Shown: positions 60,101 to 64,000 of the stretch, one piece after another
Layout of the letters: every line of letters begins with the position of its first letter
Numbering within the stretch: the first letter of the stretch is position 1
Source: Lepidodermella squamata
Taxonomy: Eukaryota > Animalia > Gastrotricha
Length of the DNA stretch: 64,000 nucleotides
Direction of reading: 5' to 3'
Assembly (NCBI GenBank): GCA_047495785.1
Contig: JBLDXI010000028.1
Coordinates: 806,001 to 870,000, forward strand
Made by a program: the position numbers and the translations under genes
Notes under the pieces: generated by a model
What the model was told of the DNA's origin: nothing
Databases searched by the model: none
The model's input: the letters and a program-made list of their open reading frames with translations, nothing else

Positions 60101-62616
60101 GGCTATCGCCTAAACGGCCCGCAGTCAGATTACACGGGAGAAAACAGGTACCTGAGCGCCACCAATTCTTACGGCCTTCCGTTGGCAGGGCAGAGTCGTC
60201 TATCAGGACCAGCCGTTCCTGCAGGGCTAAAATGTTTCATATTTCATTACTTCCAGTACGGCTACGACATCGGAGAATTCCGAGTGACGGATCAAAATGA
60301 GCGGTATCTATTCGCTTTGCAACGCGGCCAATACCCTGCTTGGCGCGAGCATAGAATCTTATTCAATAGTGTCTACCCGAGTCGGTTGAACTTCACCACG
60401 ACAGCTGGTCAAAATGATACTGATACTCATTTGATGTACTGGGGTGGTATTCAACTAGACGATTTCTACGTGCGAAACGGGAGTGATCTATGCCTTGGTT
60501 TCATGGATTGCAGTTTCGACGATAGTTCGTACCTATCAGACTGTGGTTGGCAGCAAAATGATACGGATGATGGTGACTGGGTCAGGTATTCTGGGGAGAC
60601 ACCAGCCAGGAACGCAATTACAGGTCCGAATGCTGATCAGAATACCGGTAAGGGTCACTACCTGTATTTCGAAGCAACTGGAATGAAGCCAACTGCTAAA
60701 GCTCGCATTCACATGCCCCCTATGTCGGCAGGGAACCACTGTCTAACATTTTTCTACCATATGTTTGGCGAAGACATCGGATCTTTACGAGTGTTTTACG
60801 TTCCACAAAACATCTCGACCTCCTACAACGGAACTTTCCCAACTTACAACGAAGTGGAGGTTTGGAGGAAGGACGGTCGACAGGTGAATTCCTGGCTGCG
60901 GGCTATGGTTCCCCTTCAGCTGAATTACCCGCAAATCATGACTTTTGAAGCGTTGCGTGGTAATGGAGATCGAGGTGATATTGCCATTGACGACGTGACA
61001 GTTCTTCGAGGCAACTGCCCTCAAGATCGGTCTTTCGTTTGTAGCTTTGAGCGCGGCGATCTCTGCGCATGGTCCAACGACCCTGGTTCAGCTCGACGTT
61101 TTGAAGTTCGTCGCGGTAAGACTCCTGGATCGCCGATATCTGGACCTGAAGGTGACAACACCGGTGAATACGCCGGGGGCTACTACGCCTACGCACCTGG
61201 AAATGGAGGCCCAGCTGGTGCATTCGCTCGATTGATAAGCCCGTCGATCAGAGGTCCTGGGACTGTCTGCTTGCAAGCATATTACAATCTTCGCGGTCGT
61301 TCAACTGGGACTCTGACGATTTCAAGAAATTCCGAGGCGGTTTACAGACTTCGCGGGGGAACGACTGGCTATGAATGGCGGCGGATCTCTGTAACGATCG
61401 GCACGAATAGCCTGGCGTCTTTCAACATCCAAATTACTTATACCGCATCGTCAGGCTATGCCGATCTGGGTCTGGATGATATCGTAATTTCGGATGGTCC
61501 TTGCCAGAATAATGCAGGAGACACTGAAGGGTTGATGATGCAATCATTTTCGAACACCCGAGCGGGCTTTGCTCTATCCCAACACACAATTCTTAACCAA
61601 ACAGCTGATTCTCTTGTAGCTTGCTCTCGCCAATGCGTCGCTACATCAGGCTGTCAATCATTGAATTATGACTCCGCTAGCAAAGTCTGCCAACTCAACG
61701 ACGATATTGCCGAGGATGATCCGATGAACTTCAATTCGACAAGCTCGACAACAACTCATGCTTGGATTGTCAGCTCGTTCACCCAGCTGGAATCAGTATA
61801 ACTTGTTCCTCATAAATATACCTATTTTTTATTCATTAATTTTCACAGCACTTGAAAAACTTGTGCACCTTGGATTCTGTGACTTGCACTTTGACATCGA
61901 GCTGCAGCTTAATGCCTCATACTGATATGCTCGTCTGTAATTGCGTTGAGCCTAATGAAAGCTGCTACATGCCGCAAGACTGCTCAAAGCTGTACGCCAA
62001 TGGTTACAAATCAAACGGAACGTATTTGATCCAGCCAACGACAAATTCACGACCAGTAATGGTTGCATGTGAAATGGATACTATCAGCAACAAAGGTTGG
62101 ACTGTTTTTGCTAAGCGATACTCTGGAGTTTTAAGATTCCATAACCGGTTACTCTCTGAGTATCAAAACTTCTTTGGCTCGCCCAGTCATGAATACTGGA
62201 TCGGCCTTGATACGATGGTTGCTTTGACAAATCAATTCAACTACACCTACGCCTTTGACGGGGGAATTTTTAGTTCATCTTTGCCATCGATTGTTGGCAA
62301 CACAAACCAGAGATTGGTCATATCTCCAGCAAGCAGTAACTATCGCATTGTCCTATCCCAAGTTGGCACGATGACAACGACAATGTTTAATCAACCATTC
62401 CAAGCCAGGGATTCGGGCGATTCGCCCTGCTTAGCCGCGTTCGCTTTTGCAGGTTGGTGGTACGGAGCTTCGCCAAATTGTGTCGACGGCATCTTGACAG
62501 CCCCTTATCGACCCGGAGAGGCACTTTCTACCGCAAAACTTGGCATGTACGCCAATGATTTCAATGGCACTGTCGTTGGCTTGTCATCTATGAAGTGGCG
62601 CGTTACCCAAATATGA
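54196..62616 (+). CDS. Giant secreted mosaic protein (~2303 aa): SP-CUB-CUB-LamG/ConA-like x3-MAM-C-type lectin-MAM x4-PAN-EGF-like-fibrinogen C-terminal
   Basis: Exons 54196-54223, 54279-54544, 54595-57292, 57342-57686, 58880-59128, 59186-59485, 59538-61795 and 61849-62616 are phase-consistent (6912 nt). CUB: SGIIKSPFFPDLYP..ATC. LamG: LVAWFPMDG...W.HVAFTYD. MAM: CNFDVDFCGWTQ..DD..W, CLTFFYHMFG..IGSL, GDIAIDDV. CTL: CPPDWIDFGQKCY. PAN: CSRQC....GCQSLNYD....CQL. FReD: PQDCS..Y..G..SNGTY.I.P...GWTVF.KR..G...EYWIGLD...GWWY. No TM segment. Confidence 0.85.
58077..58158 (+). repeat. 32-bp tandem repeat (about 2.5 copies) within an intronic repeat element
   Basis: Unit GGGCAGAATTCGTCCAGAAATTGGCGAAATTT starts at 58077, 58109 and 58141. 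Confidence 0.75.
58742..58841. repeat. ~100-bp imperfect palindrome near an exon acceptor
   Basis: GGTTATATGGGTTTAAAATCGCCT..AGGCT.ATATTTCG.CCT ... AGGCCGAAATATAAGCCT..AGGCGATTATAAACCCATATACC. Confidence 0.7.
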
Positions 62617-63079
62617 TCTAAACTTCGTCTTGAACGCTTTCTTGTTACATTTACTTCAAAAAGATACCTTTTCAAGTTGCTTGATGTGCTTTCAGTTGGC
62701 ATTCTTTCGGCGTAGCACTTCTGTTATCAATTTTTACTTCCTGACTGCAGATACCAAAATATTACTGGGCGAATTTAGATATAATACATTCTGTCGAAAC
62801 GAAAAGATTTGAGGAAATCTAAGTGCCATTAAACTCCTCATGAACTTCGAAAGTTGTCAAAGAAAACATAAAATCCGAAGCGATGCATATGAAGCAGCTA
62901 AAATACCAAAATTGCCGAACCATTTCTAGCGGGTTTTACCGGTAAACGCTTTTGGCGGCTTTAATTTAGTAGAAGCAGCTATATTATTTGCATGAACTTT
63001 AAATCTCAAAAAATTATTGAGAATCTCTGTGAACAAGCCACTACAGGGTTATATAAGATCACTCCTTGAACATATAAAA

Positions 63080-63472
63080 TCGAGTGCCCGGAACAAAAAC
63101 CATGACATTTGTTTTTTTCAAACGTTGATGAACCCCTGACATTTAAAAGGGACTGACATTTATTTCGGGCCTGACATTTATTTATCCGAACCAATAAGTA
63201 ACTGCCTAGGTAACCAAAATGGCATACATTTCCCTGATATTTTACGTATTTTGACCCAAAATTGGTCCCTGACCTTTCTAGATGCTAAGAGTAGAAATTA
63301 GCTCCATTCGGAATGGCTATAATGACCTCATTAGTGATCTTCAGTATTGTCCCCATATTGACCTGACATTTATTTCGGGCCTGACATTTATTATTTCGAA
63401 CGACCTCTAACCTCTGACATTTATTTGAGGCTGTCATTTATTCGAGGCTGACATTTTTTTCGGGCAGTACGG
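63080..63472. mobile_element. MITE-like element with CTGACATTTA repeats (pogo/Tc2-like end)
   Basis: About 9 copies of (C)TGACATTT(ATT). Terminates CGGGCAGTACGG|TA. The left end is degenerate. Confidence 0.55.
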
Positions 63473-64000
63473 TAGTATAAAAAGTAGTATTTGCTGTTCC
63501 TTGACATTCTAATTTGAAATAAAATAAGACATTTACGAGGCTCGCCTTTATTCATTCAATGAGACTTTAACTTGTAAAACTTCAGCTCGAATCGGCAGTT
63601 CAGCACTCCGCAAGATGTGGTAACTTTGGAGAAAGAGAACTTTAATTTTCCGGTAACTATCGTATAAGTTTCTCCGATCAAGCAATGTCGAAACCTCCTA
63701 GGCCTTAAGCCTTTCCTAATTTTTCTCCATTTTTTGACAGGCGTCCAATATGGATGTTTTCGAAAAGCTCTCTTCAGATCGCTGTTCTCTGAGAATTACT
63801 CCAAAAAGCGTTTTCTACTGCGCTTAGAGTGGTTTCGTTTTAGAGAAACGGGGCAAACATCAACTTTTCCATTCCGGAAACATTTAGCCAGAAAAGCCAA
63901 TGTTAGAAGTCTCAGGCCGCTCGAGCTCTCTGAATCTCTTCCTCTATAATCCCAGGTGAGTTTAATTATTGAACAAAATCAAAATTGCATAAATGAGGTC

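Noticed and set aside
63741-63955. Exon-like segment (TTTTTGACAG ... CAG|GTGAGT) at the window end
   Set aside because: All three plus frames contain a stop before the donor. It may be UTR; no product is identifiable.
1-64000. rRNA, tRNA, CRISPR arrays or prokaryotic defence systems; organism identity
   Set aside because: None were recognised and the window is clearly eukaryotic. The taxon cannot be assigned beyond a compact-genome animal without searches.

Overview
This is compact animal (invertebrate-like) genomic DNA with GT-AG spliceosomal introns, many only 49-61 nt long, so the ORF track shows exon fragments. I assembled gene models by hand from splice sites and reading-frame phase. 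Left to right: the 3' part of an E(z)/EZH H3K27 methyltransferase, with decayed retroelement sequence in and upstream of it; ubiquilin (-); and a 9-exon MADD/Rab3-GEF (aex-3) gene (+). MADD has a candidate duplicated alternative last exon, long intronic inverted repeats and a nested antisense PAN-like micro-gene. An accessory block follows: four orphan class C GPCRs (GABA-B-like Venus flytrap + 7TM), three of them intronless, exactly 769 aa and showing a gene-conversion-like tract; a second PAN-like micro-gene; a dead MULE transposase; a piggyBac-like element; two tandem F-box/LRR genes with a Ly6/uPAR gene between them; and a ~2300-aa secreted mosaic protein (CUB-CUB-LamG x3-MAM-CTL-MAM x4-PAN-EGF-like-fibrinogen C). 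All family assignments come from motif recognition by eye; no database searches were run.
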